Virus record (IMG/VR): IMGVR_UViG_3300032087_005453
Coordinates: 43,437 to 107,436 of that record
Source of the DNA: a virus
Length of the DNA: 64,000 bases
Strand: one strand, 5' to 3'
Shown here: one piece after another, positions 29,840 through 39,546 of the stretch
Position numbering within the stretch: the stretch's first letter is position 1
Layout: each line of letters opens with the position of its first letter
The notes under the pieces: generated by a model
What the model was told of the DNA's origin: nothing
The model's input: the letters and a program-made list of their open reading frames with translations, nothing else
The model's database searches: none
Position numbers and translations under genes: made by a program

Positions 29840-30861
29840 TATCTTCTCCTGTTTTGTGAAGCCATTTGATTTGATTTCATTTGTAATTCTCTTCTTGTGC
29901 TTGACAAATCCGACTCATTAACTGAACCATGTTTTTTCAAGTCACTTTTCAAAGATTTTATTTTCGCTTTTGCTTGAGCGTTGTTTAGATTATATATATC
30001 CTCTACTTCTTTTTTATTTCTAGCGGGAATAAATACTTCACCAGCATCTCCAATATTGTCTGGCAGCATGTCTTCAGCCTGCTTTTTCTTTTCTTCCTCT
30101 TGTCTTTTCCTTTTTTGTTTTTCACTCCAACCATCTAGAGCTATATCGTCTTGAATAATTTCTTCGCTTGGTCTATCCAAAGACTCATTGATATTGTCAT
30201 AATAATAAGACCAAGATATTATATTGTGTTGTAAATCAGTAAAAGCAGAAGGACTGTTTTCGAATAACTTTTCTTTAACCCCAAACCACATATTTCTCCA
30301 TTCTGAAGATTTTGCTACCTCTCTAAGTCTTGCGTTTATATCCCAATATCTTGAGTAGAATTTATTGATTATATTGTTAAAGGAAAATAGATCAGTCGCC
30401 AATCTACCATCTTTTAGAAATACATTGTTCTCTAAATATTTAGCTTTACGAGCATAGTCCGCCACATATTCACAAGTCTTATCAGAAAACAATGACTTCT
30501 TTTTGTATAATTCCGATACTCTCTTTTCTTGTTTTTCAAGATTCTTTTGGATATATTCTTTAGTTGTTGAATTGTAAAAACTGTTAAAATAGTCAAGTCT
30601 CATTTGCTGCATGTTTTTTTGTATTTGTTCCATCAGCTCAGATTCTTCTTTTGACCAAAAACCATTTTCAATCAAAAACTCTTCAACCTCTTCTTCTTTG
30701 AGCATTCCTTCTAGTAAACAATCTTCATAAACTTCATATGAAAAAAAATCCGCAAAAGTTTTATCTTCTGCGGACGGAGGATTAACAAATATATATTCCC
30801 GTCCTATTTTTAATATAATGACCCCAGAAATAAGGGTATTTATTAAGTCCTGTTTCTTCAT
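29839..30861 (-). CDS. Putative tail assembly chaperone-like protein
   Basis: Between tail tube and tape measure; PSEEIIQDDIALDGW motif. Confidence 0.45.
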   Translation of the reverse strand: MKKQDLINTLISGVIILKIGREYIFVNPPSAEDKTFADFFSYEVYEDCLLEGMLKEEEVEEFLIENGFWSKEESELMEQIQKNMQQMRLDYFNSFYNSTTKEYIQKNLEKQEKRVSELYKKKSLFSDKTCEYVADYARKAKYLENNVFLKDGRLATDLFSFNNIINKFYSRYWDINARLREVAKSSEWRNMWFGVKEKLFENSPSAFTDLQHNIISWSYYYDNINESLDRPSEEIIQDDIALDGWSEKQKRKRQEEEKKKQAEDMLPDNIGDAGEVFIPARNKKEVEDIYNLNNAQAKAKIKSLKSDLKKHGSVNESDLSSTRRELQMKSNQMASQNRRR

Positions 30862-30877
30862 ATCAAGTCCGAGTGCC

Positions 30878-30900
30878 GGGGAGACACCTATTGTCTCCCC
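30878..30900 (-). terminator. Perfect 9-bp hairpin after the tail tube gene (no U-tract; attenuator or stabiliser)
   Basis: GGGGAGACA-cctat-TGTCTCCCC. Confidence 0.45.
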
Positions 30901-30922
30901 AGCGAAAATCCAAAGTTATCTA

Positions 30923-32146
30923 TCAAGCAAACCAGTCTTTGAAGTATTCTGCAGACGCCAAGTCATTCATTGGGTCGCCAGAATGCATAACAGAAAGGTC
31001 GTTGGAGTTTGTCATACTGTAGGTAATAGTTGCGTTACCACCACCAGCATCTCCTCCACCATAACTAACACTTGTTACCTTATTTTTATTACCAAGCTGA
31101 ATTACAGTACTGTCATCCAGAACAAACTGAATAGAGTGATTAGAAAGGTTATTTGCTTCTTCAGCGGCATCAATATTGTCACCACCAACAGCAGTTACTT
31201 CGATATCGCAAGTTACATCTACTGGGAAACTAACATAACGGAAGTAAGGAGCCTTTTTACCAAGCTGCTGAATGTTTTCACGACCCAAGTCTACACTGAT
31301 ACTAACAGAGTTTAGGTAAGGACCAGCATCTGTAGAAATATAAGAAGCATTAGTACTTAGGCCGGTTCCACCATATCCAGCGACACCAGTTCCAACGGTA
31401 TCAGCACCTTCGATAAAGTTAGGTATTACGGTTCGGAAGGTTGTACCACTTGCACCCAAGTCTTTACCAGTAGATCCAATAACCACATTTTGACGACGCA
31501 AAACACTGTTGTCATCAGAAACAGGAGCATCGTTACCAAATACTGTACTTGCAAATGCTGCATCAATCTCCCCATTCGCATCTGCTAAAAGACCTCCAGT
31601 ATCACTACCTGTCAGCCATTGTTTGTCGTTACCAACAAATGTGGTGGATTCTGTGAAAGTTCCATCCGTAGATAGATTGTAGGCTACAGAACTAATATAC
31701 ATTCCAGAACAATACAGTTCCGCAACACCAGAGTTTGCTCCACCCTCCTGAATGCTCGTTTCTGTATCATAACCAACTACCATTCTAACGTCTGCACGAG
31801 CATTTGCTCGTCCAGTAAGTGTTGGATTGGTGGCATCTACAGTTCCAAGATGGTAAACTAGGGAATAACCGTCAAGAAGCTTTTCGAAGGTAACTTCAAT
31901 ATCTGGTACTTCTTCTAGGTTTTCATACAAGGAAAGTTGTCCAAGTTCGAAAATCTGCTCAAGGTTAAAGTTTGTGGTGATACCAATAGACTGTAAACCG
32001 TGAGCGATCATGACGTTGCCGTCGCCATTGATAGGAACTCCATCGCCAACATAGCTATCAATAACGCCAGTAGCACCTATATCTCCAACTGCTACCCCCT
32101 GAGTAGCATAAAATACTCTATTATTAGGATTATTGGGATATGCCAT
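30923..32146 (-). CDS. Major tail (tube) protein
   Basis: NNRVFYA...GLQSIGITTNFNLEQIFELGQL; follows the neck genes; has its own promoter motif, GGAG RBS and downstream hairpin. Confidence 0.7.
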   Translation of the reverse strand: MAYPNNPNNRVFYATQGVAVGDIGATGVIDSYVGDGVPINGDGNVMIAHGLQSIGITTNFNLEQIFELGQLSLYENLEEVPDIEVTFEKLLDGYSLVYHLGTVDATNPTLTGRANARADVRMVVGYDTETSIQEGGANSGVAELYCSGMYISSVAYNLSTDGTFTESTTFVGNDKQWLTGSDTGGLLADANGEIDAAFASTVFGNDAPVSDDNSVLRRQNVVIGSTGKDLGASGTTFRTVIPNFIEGADTVGTGVAGYGGTGLSTNASYISTDAGPYLNSVSISVDLGRENIQQLGKKAPYFRYVSFPVDVTCDIEVTAVGGDNIDAAEEANNLSNHSIQFVLDDSTVIQLGNKNKVTSVSYGGGDAGGGNATITYSMTNSNDLSVMHSGDPMNDLASAEYFKDWFA

Positions 32147-32186
32147 ATCTAACTCCAATTAAAAGAAAACATGTTTATCTAATTTT

Positions 32187-33140
32187 TTATACACCAAATA
32201 GGATTAATTCAGTAGTAAATTTGACGGTTCCGACGTGAATATTCGGATTTAAAGAGTATACTGAATCTAAACTGGTATTAACCAGTCTAATTTTTACACC
32301 AGGATATTGTGAGATCAATTCTGAATACAAAAGTGCCCCAGAAGCTGGAACACCTCTATAATCCAGAGGGAAAGCACCACTGGAAGAAATAGTATCTAAA
32401 TCATAACTTTTGAAGATTTTTTGGTTTTGTAGTGTAACTATGTCCATTAAATGATCTCTAGTGTACACATCTTCAGCAACACAATGAAACAGAAAATCAG
32501 TAAATAAGTTTTGCCCGCCGCCGAGTGCAAAAGGAGTCATTTTACGAGAGTTTACAGGCTCAATACCAATTGCTGGTAGTTGATACCTATTGTCTCCCAA
32601 AATTCCCCATTCTCCACTATTGCCAACAAAATTGGAATTTTCTGATCTTTCTGATCTTTTTTGAACTTGCTGAAACCAATTTAATCCATCCACTTTTGAT
32701 ACATTCACATATTTGTAACTGTATTCACAAGTTACAGTTGATGAAGTATCAATAGCGGAATCAAAAACTACTCTTCCTAATGGGTGATTAATATGATGGG
32801 CATATACGCCTGTAGCAGATGTTGAATAAAAGTCGCCATCAACATAAACTCCAGAAACCCCAGGGTTTGCATCGTCAGTACTTGTTAAGGCACCAAGTCC
32901 GCTTTCCCACACCCAATTTTGTCTAAATCCTTCCCAAACTTGACCATATGTATATCTCGGATCGTCTACGACTCTCAATTGATGTTCAATACCGCCATAA
33001 TAACCCGTAGAAGGAATCTCAACATTTATAAAGGCTGATTTTTCAAGCAGCCCGTAATCAAAGAACGAAATTAAGTTTTCTGTAATGTCGTTCGTAACAG
33101 TTGAATCACCAAAAGTATCAAAACCTTTTAAGTTTGTCAT
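32187..33140 (-). CDS. Putative tail terminator / completion protein
   Basis: Immediately upstream of the tail tube gene; QLPAIGIE motif. Confidence 0.5.
   Translation of the reverse strand: MTNLKGFDTFGDSTVTNDITENLISFFDYGLLEKSAFINVEIPSTGYYGGIEHQLRVVDDPRYTYGQVWEGFRQNWVWESGLGALTSTDDANPGVSGVYVDGDFYSTSATGVYAHHINHPLGRVVFDSAIDTSSTVTCEYSYKYVNVSKVDGLNWFQQVQKRSERSENSNFVGNSGEWGILGDNRYQLPAIGIEPVNSRKMTPFALGGGQNLFTDFLFHCVAEDVYTRDHLMDIVTLQNQKIFKSYDLDTISSSGAFPLDYRGVPASGALLYSELISQYPGVKIRLVNTSLDSVYSLNPNIHVGTVKFTTELILFGV
32188..32195 (-). promoter_or_regulatory. Putative late promoter GGTGTATA (tail tube gene)
   Basis: Motif recurs upstream of several - strand genes. Confidence 0.55.
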
Positions 33141-33787
33141 TTGATACTCCTCTGCATTTCATTTATAATTAATTTGCCTATTTCATCTTTAGCAGGATCT
33201 AATGCCCGACTAATAAAGTTATCCGCTATAGTTCCAGCATGTTCTGGATCTACTCTAAAAGCTGGTTTGTTAACTTGTGGAATCATGACCTTTGATCCAC
33301 CAGATCTTGTTTTACCTTTAGCCCCATCAAATAAAGCGTAATCAGCAATTACCACTTGTGTGCCTCTTGTCAACAACCATTCCAGCCAGTTTACTTCTCC
33401 ATTCGTGCTTTGATAAGACCCGCCCGGAACAGACAAAATATCATCAAATCCTCCTGGCAGAAAATTGAGGTTAATTTGTATTCCGTTTCTTATTCCTAGT
33501 GCTTGAGCGGTGACATTCTTGGATAAAAATGCTATGATATTAGTTATTGCTGCACCAGCTTCTCCGGGTCTCAAACCAAAGTCATCTTTTAAAGTTCCTC
33601 CCAATAATGAACGGACTGTTGGAGAGGCATTAAGTGTGCTACCAACTATAACAGCCATTTGTGTGGACAGATTAGTATTGATTTGATTCGACTTTTTGTT
33701 AAACTGTACCAAGAATTCATCAACCATAGCTTTACCAATATCTGATGATTTCGATAATAGTTGTATATTGGAAGTTACTATCGTCAT
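33137..33787 (-). CDS. Putative neck / tail-completion protein
   Basis: Gene order; NWLEWLL.RG, AGT..DNFISRA; ATGA overlap at 33784-33787. Confidence 0.5.
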   Translation of the reverse strand: MTIVTSNIQLLSKSSDIGKAMVDEFLVQFNKKSNQINTNLSTQMAVIVGSTLNASPTVRSLLGGTLKDDFGLRPGEAGAAITNIIAFLSKNVTAQALGIRNGIQINLNFLPGGFDDILSVPGGSYQSTNGEVNWLEWLLTRGTQVVIADYALFDGAKGKTRSGGSKVMIPQVNKPAFRVDPEHAGTIADNFISRALDPAKDEIGKLIINEMQRSIK

Positions 33788-34260
33788 GCTCTTTCCCAAA
33801 CACACATAAAATACTTGTTATTTAAACCATGCATTGTTGGTTCAGAAGTTCTAGTGAATCTCCATTCAACATGACCAGATTTATCTGTATTTATCAATAA
33901 AGCTTTTGCTCTACTAACTTTTGGCAAGTCAGAATAAGCACCTATAGTCATTACGGAGCCATCAGCAACTTCAACATTTCCGAATTTCTTGAAATCTTTC
34001 TTGTCCCAATAAACTCGTAGCACAATATCTTCAGTGGTTTCTACAGTCTTAAATTCCTTATTAGCACGAGAAAATCCAGAACTTGGGGAAATACCCTGTA
34101 AGTTCATGACTTTTTTCTGCTTGATGTTTGGAACTGGGTCTGTTATGACCTGTATTTTGTCTGTATAAACTAATTGACATTGTGTGCCGAACCCGCTTAG
34201 TGATAACATAGTATCAGCGACTTCAGCATACTTTGTGAATACACCCGATGGAATAGCCAT
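33784..34260 (-). CDS. Putative head-closure (stopper) protein
   Basis: 158 aa, beta-rich, in the head-tail joining block. Confidence 0.5.
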   Translation of the reverse strand: MAIPSGVFTKYAEVADTMLSLSGFGTQCQLVYTDKIQVITDPVPNIKQKKVMNLQGISPSSGFSRANKEFKTVETTEDIVLRVYWDKKDFKKFGNVEVADGSVMTIGAYSDLPKVSRAKALLINTDKSGHVEWRFTRTSEPTMHGLNNKYFMCVWERA

Positions 34261-34273
34261 ATATCACCTTATT

Positions 34274-34480
34274 TTAAGCAGTTCCACTACCACCAAGATA
34301 GTAACCAATATCATCAAATCTACTGTCGAGTATACCGCTTTGGTCAATTACTGTACCAGTTTTATTGATTTTTGGGTCTATAACATGATTGGTAATGGTT
34401 CCAAATTTATTTGTGGAAACCAATAAGCTGCCATTTTTCAGGTCATTTGATGTAATAACCTTTTTAAGAACATCTGCCAT
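34274..34480 (-). CDS. Small virion protein; paralog of the N-terminal domain of 34525..35919
   Basis: MADVLKKVITSNDLKNGSLLVSTNKFGTIT aligns without gaps to MTDVFQKIITGNDLKNGSLVVSVNKFGTIT. Confidence 0.75.
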   Translation of the reverse strand: MADVLKKVITSNDLKNGSLLVSTNKFGTITNHVIDPKINKTGTVIDQSGILDSRFDDIGYYLGGSGTA

Positions 34481-34524
34481 AATAAAACCTTTTATGTAAA
34501 ATAAGCTGTGTTAATTAAGTTTGT

Positions 34525-35919
34525 TTATCCAGCGTAAACTCTCACATGGCCAGCGTTACTGGCTGTGCCATCATTGTAAATTGCTCCAATTGCCACAGTC
34601 CTTCCGTCATTACTCAATGACACACTATGTCCACTGTAGTCGCTCGCAGCTTCTCCGTCTATATCACTACCCTTTTGAACCCATGCACTTCCGTTCCACT
34701 CGTGAACTCTTACATGACCAGCATTGCTACCTGCACCGTCATTTTTAATCGCACCAACTGCTACAATACTTCCATCACTACTTAATGATACACTCCATCC
34801 GCTTTCGTCGAACTCCGCTTCACCATCAATATCGCTACCCTTTTGACTCCAACTACTACCGCTGTACTCATACACTTGCACATAGCCAGCATTGGCACCT
34901 GTACCATCATCATAGTAATGTGATCCAATTGCCAAAATACTTCCGTCGCTACTCAACGATACACTACGCCCAAATTGATCACCCGACGCTTCGCCGTCTA
35001 TATCACTACCTTTTTGAACCCATGCACTTCCGTTATACTCATACACTCTGACGTGACCAACAGTAGTAAATGCAGCGTCAGCAAATATTGCCCCAATAGC
35101 CACGATATCACCATCATCACTCAACGACACGCTATATCCGCTATAATCATTTGAATCCTCACCGTCTATATCACTACCCTTTTGAATCCACGCACTTCCG
35201 TTCCACTCATACACTCTCGTGTGCCCAGCATTGCTACCTGCACCGTCATTAAAAATGGCTCCAATTGCCACAATACTTCCATCACTACTCAACGATACAC
35301 TATATCCACTTTGATCAGAGACCGCTTCAGCATCAATGTCACTACCCCTCTGAACCCATGCACTCCCGCTGTACTCGTACACTCTCGTGTGGCCAGCATT
35401 ACTGCCTGTGCCATCATTAAATCTCGCCCCAATTGCCAAAATACTTCCATCATTACTAAGTGATATGCTATACCCACTGCGGTCGTCAGCCGCCTCGCCA
35501 TCAATATCGCCACCCTTTTGGCTCCAACTACTACCGCTGTACTCGTATACCCTCACATGACCAGCATCAGTACCCGTACCATCATTTTTATTTGCTCCAA
35601 TTGCTACAATATTGCCGTTACCACTCAGTGATACACTCCATCCACTTTGGTCATCCGCCGCTTCACCATCAATATCACCCCCTTTTTGACTCCACTCCTC
35701 GAATGCTGCTTGAACAGCAGCAATAGTTCGGGCAATGTAATATTTAACATCATCAAACCTAGTATCTAACAACCCGCTTTGAGTAGTTATAGTGTCATCA
35801 TTATTAATTTTAGGATTGATAATATGTTTGGTGATGGTTCCAAATTTATTTACAGATACCACCAAGCTGCCATTTTTAAGGTCATTACCTGTAATGATTT
35901 TTTGAAAAACATCCGTCAT
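34525..35919 (-). CDS. Seven-bladed FG-GAP/integrin-alpha-like beta-propeller fused to a small anchor domain
   Basis: Seven repeats of W.QKG.DIDGE...D.SG.SVSLS.DG.IVAIGA...AGHVRVYE. Confidence 0.85.
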   Translation of the reverse strand: MTDVFQKIITGNDLKNGSLVVSVNKFGTITKHIINPKINNDDTITTQSGLLDTRFDDVKYYIARTIAAVQAAFEEWSQKGGDIDGEAADDQSGWSVSLSGNGNIVAIGANKNDGTGTDAGHVRVYEYSGSSWSQKGGDIDGEAADDRSGYSISLSNDGSILAIGARFNDGTGSNAGHTRVYEYSGSAWVQRGSDIDAEAVSDQSGYSVSLSSDGSIVAIGAIFNDGAGSNAGHTRVYEWNGSAWIQKGSDIDGEDSNDYSGYSVSLSDDGDIVAIGAIFADAAFTTVGHVRVYEYNGSAWVQKGSDIDGEASGDQFGRSVSLSSDGSILAIGSHYYDDGTGANAGYVQVYEYSGSSWSQKGSDIDGEAEFDESGWSVSLSSDGSIVAVGAIKNDGAGSNAGHVRVHEWNGSAWVQKGSDIDGEAASDYSGHSVSLSNDGRTVAIGAIYNDGTASNAGHVRVYAG

Positions 35920-35930
35920 GATAAAAATCT

Positions 35931-36458
35931 TTATCTAAAGTATGAACGACGATCATTAGTATATCTAGTTACAACATCACTACCCGGAGAATATGGACTG
36001 AGGATTGCTTTTCCTACAGCGTTATTACCTGCGGCATAATTAAACTTATATTCTTCGTATTTTTTACAAGAGTATTCGTATAAGAATTTAATATTTGCAG
36101 CAATTGCCGTATAGTCTATACTACTTGGTCCGTCACTAACTCTAACTGCACTTAGGCTCTGAGTCTTCATCTCGCTACCCATAATGTTACAAGCAGTCTT
36201 TAAAGAGACGAGATTAATAAACGCATCATCTTTATCTGCTGTAGCTAATCCCGTTGCGGGATCAGTAGGATCAGGGCTTAAATAACATTGCTCTACATCA
36301 ATTACATATGTATTCTCAAAATCAACCTCAGTCTGAACCAACTGAGCTGCAACAAGAATTGCTGTTTCTAATCTTAAATCGCTATACGAGTAATTACTAG
36401 AGTCAGTGTCACTAATCAACTCGCGAACGATAGTGGTTATTTCACCTTGCCAGCTCAT
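35931..36458 (-). CDS. Head-tail adaptor protein
   Basis: IVRELISDTD...YSDLRL helical adaptor-like N-terminus; gene order. Confidence 0.6.
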   Translation of the reverse strand: MSWQGEITTIVRELISDTDSSNYSYSDLRLETAILVAAQLVQTEVDFENTYVIDVEQCYLSPDPTDPATGLATADKDDAFINLVSLKTACNIMGSEMKTQSLSAVRVSDGPSSIDYTAIAANIKFLYEYSCKKYEEYKFNYAAGNNAVGKAILSPYSPGSDVVTRYTNDRRSYFR

Positions 36459-36469
36459 TACTCACCCCT

Positions 36470-36775
36470 TTACAGATTACAATGGACTTTAAAAGCTCCG
36501 ACACTTGAAGAATAATTTCCGCTACTTAAATTAACTTTTCCTTGAATTCTATAATTTCCAGATTGGTCAAAATCTCCTGCAATAGAAACATATTGCATTT
36601 TTCCATCTGTACCATCTGTTGTAAATACGCCTGTTTTTGTTAAAGTTGTTGCGTCTGGTTTTTTTATGATTATCTGTAAAGATGAAGCACTAGAAATATC
36701 TACAACAGATCCATCTTCAAGGATAGTCACTATTAATGTAGTTCCAATATCTCCTACATGAATTTGACTTGCCAT
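36470..36775 (-). CDS. Ig-like BppU N-terminal-type domain protein
   Basis: HVGDIGT.L.VTI....VDISSA....IIKKPD...DGTDGKMQY....GDFDQSG.Y.IQ. Confidence 0.65.
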   Translation of the reverse strand: MASQIHVGDIGTTLIVTILEDGSVVDISSASSLQIIIKKPDATTLTKTGVFTTDGTDGKMQYVSIAGDFDQSGNYRIQGKVNLSSGNYSSSVGAFKVHCNL

Positions 36776-36799
36776 GAATCACCCCGTTATGTAAAATTA

Positions 36800-36991
36800 T
36801 TATTGATTAAGGTTAAATTCGTAATTTGTTTCAACCTCAAGTTGACTGAATTCGTAATTTGTTTCAATTTCAAGTTGAAATGTTATTTCTTGATCAACTT
36901 CTTGACTAAAAGAAATTATTTCCCCATTTGAGCTAATGAATGCGAATTCTTCACAAAACGATGTTTCGCAAAATGAACTATCACAAAACAT
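36800..36991 (-). CDS. Small acidic protein with FCxxS repeats and an internal 11-aa duplication
   Basis: GGAG RBS, upstream promoter motif, 33-bp-period direct repeat at 36816-36878. Confidence 0.6.
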   Translation of the reverse strand: MFCDSSFCETSFCEEFAFISSNGEIISFSQEVDQEITFQLEIETNYEFSQLEVETNYEFNLNQ

Positions 36992-37015
36992 ATTTATCTC
37001 CTAGTCTATATTTAG

Positions 37016-37023
37016 TATACTCC
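37016..37023 (-). promoter_or_regulatory. Putative late promoter GGAGTATA
   Basis: Intergenic, about 25 nt upstream of ATG 36991. Confidence 0.5.
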
Positions 37024-37080
37024 ACCAAGCACAAATTTGCAATTTTAAACTAGAAATTCACAAAAATCGAGAATAGTAGC

Positions 37081-37380
37081 TTATACTTGAGGATCAGTAA
37101 TATTTACGTTGGTATTAAGAGCATCAGCAGCCTGTTGTTTAGCAAGTTTAACTTCGTAAGCGGCTACATGATCTGATAAAAACTTTCTTACCATTCTATT
37201 GGCAAATACTGATTTAGACTCAGGATTATCAATTTGAAGTGGATTAGAAACCGGATCTTCATCCAATTCTGGATTAAAATCTGGATTATCTATTTGGTCT
37301 GATCGACCGTAATTTGCGGCTACAGCGTCTAAAACTCTAGCAACATCTGCATCATCAATTTGAATTGAAAAAACCGCCAT
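37081..37380 (-). CDS. Hypothetical protein (virion-associated region)
   Basis: GGAG RBS, upstream promoter motif. Confidence 0.7.
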   Translation of the reverse strand: MAVFSIQIDDADVARVLDAVAANYGRSDQIDNPDFNPELDEDPVSNPLQIDNPESKSVFANRMVRKFLSDHVAAYEVKLAKQQAADALNTNVNITDPQV

Positions 37381-37413
37381 TTAATTATCTCCTAAAAACA
37401 TGGTATGTTATAA

Positions 37414-37421
37414 TATACACG
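37414..37421 (-). promoter_or_regulatory. Putative late promoter CGTGTATA
   Basis: Intergenic, upstream of ATG 37380. Confidence 0.5.
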
Positions 37422-37447
37422 ATTTATTGAATTATTTAATTTTTGTA

Positions 37448-37978
37448 CTAACTGCTGTTTAAGTGAGGTAGCTCACATCTAGGTATTTGACATTTATCAC
37501 ATATTTCATGCCATCTATTTGGTAAATCTTCAAAATTGTACACCTCTACACCAAGATCTTCACCGTAGAGTCCTTGTGTGAAAAACTGCGTAGTGTGATC
37601 CATCCAGTTGTCTTCAAAGAATTTCATGTGGTCTTCAATCGCTAAAAAGTCTTTTATCTCATCTGCTACCGGCTCCAGAATCTTATTCTGGTCTTTTTTT
37701 AATTTTTGAACCCAATTATTCATACTTGTGAATCTATCTTGTATAGGTCTATGAACAGCAAACCTGTATATGTCGTTCCATTCTCTAATGTAGCCTTTCA
37801 GTACTGCGGCTGTCTGATGACCTTGGCATCTTTCAAATTCTCTGACAAACATGGGTACTGTGCTAACCAGAGAGGGTATGCCGTGACCAACACAAGTGGA
37901 TGCAATGGCATTTTTTATAGAGTTTCCTCCAGTTCTTGGTATATGTATAAAAACAGCTCTTTTGGGTAAATATATCAT
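37448..37978 (-). CDS. Sulfotransferase family protein
   Basis: VFIHIPRTGGNSI (5'-PAPS-binding loop) and FAVHRPIQDRFTS (3'-PB-like); ATGA overlap. Confidence 0.75.
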   Translation of the reverse strand: MIYLPKRAVFIHIPRTGGNSIKNAIASTCVGHGIPSLVSTVPMFVREFERCQGHQTAAVLKGYIREWNDIYRFAVHRPIQDRFTSMNNWVQKLKKDQNKILEPVADEIKDFLAIEDHMKFFEDNWMDHTTQFFTQGLYGEDLGVEVYNFEDLPNRWHEICDKCQIPRCELPHLNSS

Positions 37979-38535
37979 AGTACCTCGCATATATAACTTG
38001 GGTATTTTTCTATGCTAATACCTACCATTTTGATTTTACCAGCTTGAATATGTTCATTAACAGCTCTTATTACACCGGCTTTCCAAACCTGACAATTGGT
38101 AACATAGTCATGACCCATTATAAAACCGCCCTTTTTAACTTTATACAAAGCGTTCTCTAATTCTATGGAGACAGACTTGTAGTCATGACATGCGTCTATG
38201 TATATCCAGTCTAGGTAGTCATTCTCTAGACCATATAAAAAGTTGCCACCATATTCTCTGTGCAACTCTACTGTTCCTTGCTCTATCTCTCTTTTGAATA
38301 ACCTGCCCACCAACTCCCTGTGGTCATCCTCCCAGAGACACGGGTACTCAATTAGGCAAGCATTGGGGTGTCTTTCTCTCCATATGTCACATAGATGTAG
38401 TTTTTTTGGCTTAGTTATATGATACAAAGATATTGCATTGACACCCTTACAGACTCCAATCTCAGCACCTATACCATCTTTAGGTACGTCTAGGTACATT
38501 TCATTTGATGTTTCGTATTCTTTTATTTTATCCAT
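37975..38535 (-). CDS. Class I SAM-dependent O-methyltransferase (Methyltransf_24-like)
   Basis: GAEIGVCKG, LDWIYIDACHDY, KVKKGGFIMGHDY. Confidence 0.85.
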   Translation of the reverse strand: MDKIKEYETSNEMYLDVPKDGIGAEIGVCKGVNAISLYHITKPKKLHLCDIWRERHPNACLIEYPCLWEDDHRELVGRLFKREIEQGTVELHREYGGNFLYGLENDYLDWIYIDACHDYKSVSIELENALYKVKKGGFIMGHDYVTNCQVWKAGVIRAVNEHIQAGKIKMVGISIEKYPSYICEVL

Positions 38536-39544
38536 ATCGTTCCTCCGGGCAGATTACAAGTTTGCCACTTTTCCTTCTAATTTTAATGGCCTCTGATATT
38601 TCGCTCTCTATGAAAAAATGGGCGTTAGACTCAGAAAATATTCTAGCTTTAAATGTAGAAACTTCTTCTACATGATTCTTGTTTCTTTCTTCTTCCATTT
38701 CAGTCGGAAACATTTTTAAAAAACCATATTTTATATTGTATCTATCTAACCATTCTTCTGTTATATCTCTATATTTTTCTAACCTACCTGTTACGATTCC
38801 CGCACAATGTGTTTTGGGTATTCTGTGAGGAAATGGTTTTACGTTTTTAATAAAGTCAATATATCTTGATTCGTCTTCACACACGTCTATAGGAACATTC
38901 GGAGAGAATATACCATCAAAATCCAATAATGCTTTCTCTATATAAGTACAGTTAAAAAGATTCCATTCCAGCAAGTGTGGTGGAGACAATTCTCTAGCAA
39001 AAAAATCTGGTTTGTGCTCACAGTCTGGTTTAAAATAAACTGTAGCAAAATAAACATCTTCTAGTAGTCTAGATTTAATGTTCTTCATTGCTGTACCAGC
39101 ATACATCGTATCATCCACGACCAAGATTCTACCCTCTCTGTCGTCAAAGTCTTTCATTCTGATCCCACCAAAACCGGTAGCACCAGATAAAATCTTGGCA
39201 TTATTATTTTCATCTAGGTAGTAGAGCGGTAGATTTAACCACATGGCAATCATACTTGCTGGTAACATACCCGAACGAGGCACGCCAAGAACACCTCTTA
39301 ATTTAAGATTATGTACTTGTGGTAATAATAAATTTTTACAGTCCTCTATCATCTTTGCATTGGTAATATATTCTCCGGCAAGATAAGATTGTCTGCGTTC
39401 GTGTTTCTTGTCGCAATCTATCTTGTACTTTTTCCTTTCTTCAGCGGTAGCATTTTGACACCATTGCCAATTAGGAGGACTTGCTGTCATCTCTTGGTTA
39501 TAGTATTTACAATATCCATGTTTTTCACAAATGCATTTTTCCAT
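38528..39544 (-). CDS. Phosphoribosyltransferase plus HAD-like phosphatase fusion with N-terminal Cys motif
   Basis: GVPRSG and the PRPP-binding motif ILVVDDTMYAGTAM; LLDFDGI and IVTGR (HAD motifs I and II). Confidence 0.75.
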   Translation of the reverse strand: MEKCICEKHGYCKYYNQEMTASPPNWQWCQNATAEERKKYKIDCDKKHERRQSYLAGEYITNAKMIEDCKNLLLPQVHNLKLRGVLGVPRSGMLPASMIAMWLNLPLYYLDENNNAKILSGATGFGGIRMKDFDDREGRILVVDDTMYAGTAMKNIKSRLLEDVYFATVYFKPDCEHKPDFFARELSPPHLLEWNLFNCTYIEKALLDFDGIFSPNVPIDVCEDESRYIDFIKNVKPFPHRIPKTHCAGIVTGRLEKYRDITEEWLDRYNIKYGFLKMFPTEMEEERNKNHVEEVSTFKARIFSESNAHFFIESEISEAIKIRRKSGKLVICPEERYG

Positions 39545-39546
39545 AA

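Noticed and set aside
28659-30861. Programmed -1 frameshift in tail assembly chaperones
   Set aside because: The three ORFs have separate starts; a T8 run near 30741-30748 is early in the gene and no convincing slippery site near a stop was found
34525-35919. Diversity-generating retroelement target/template repeats
   Set aside because: Repeats are in-frame propeller blades with differences not confined to adenines; no reverse transcriptase in the window
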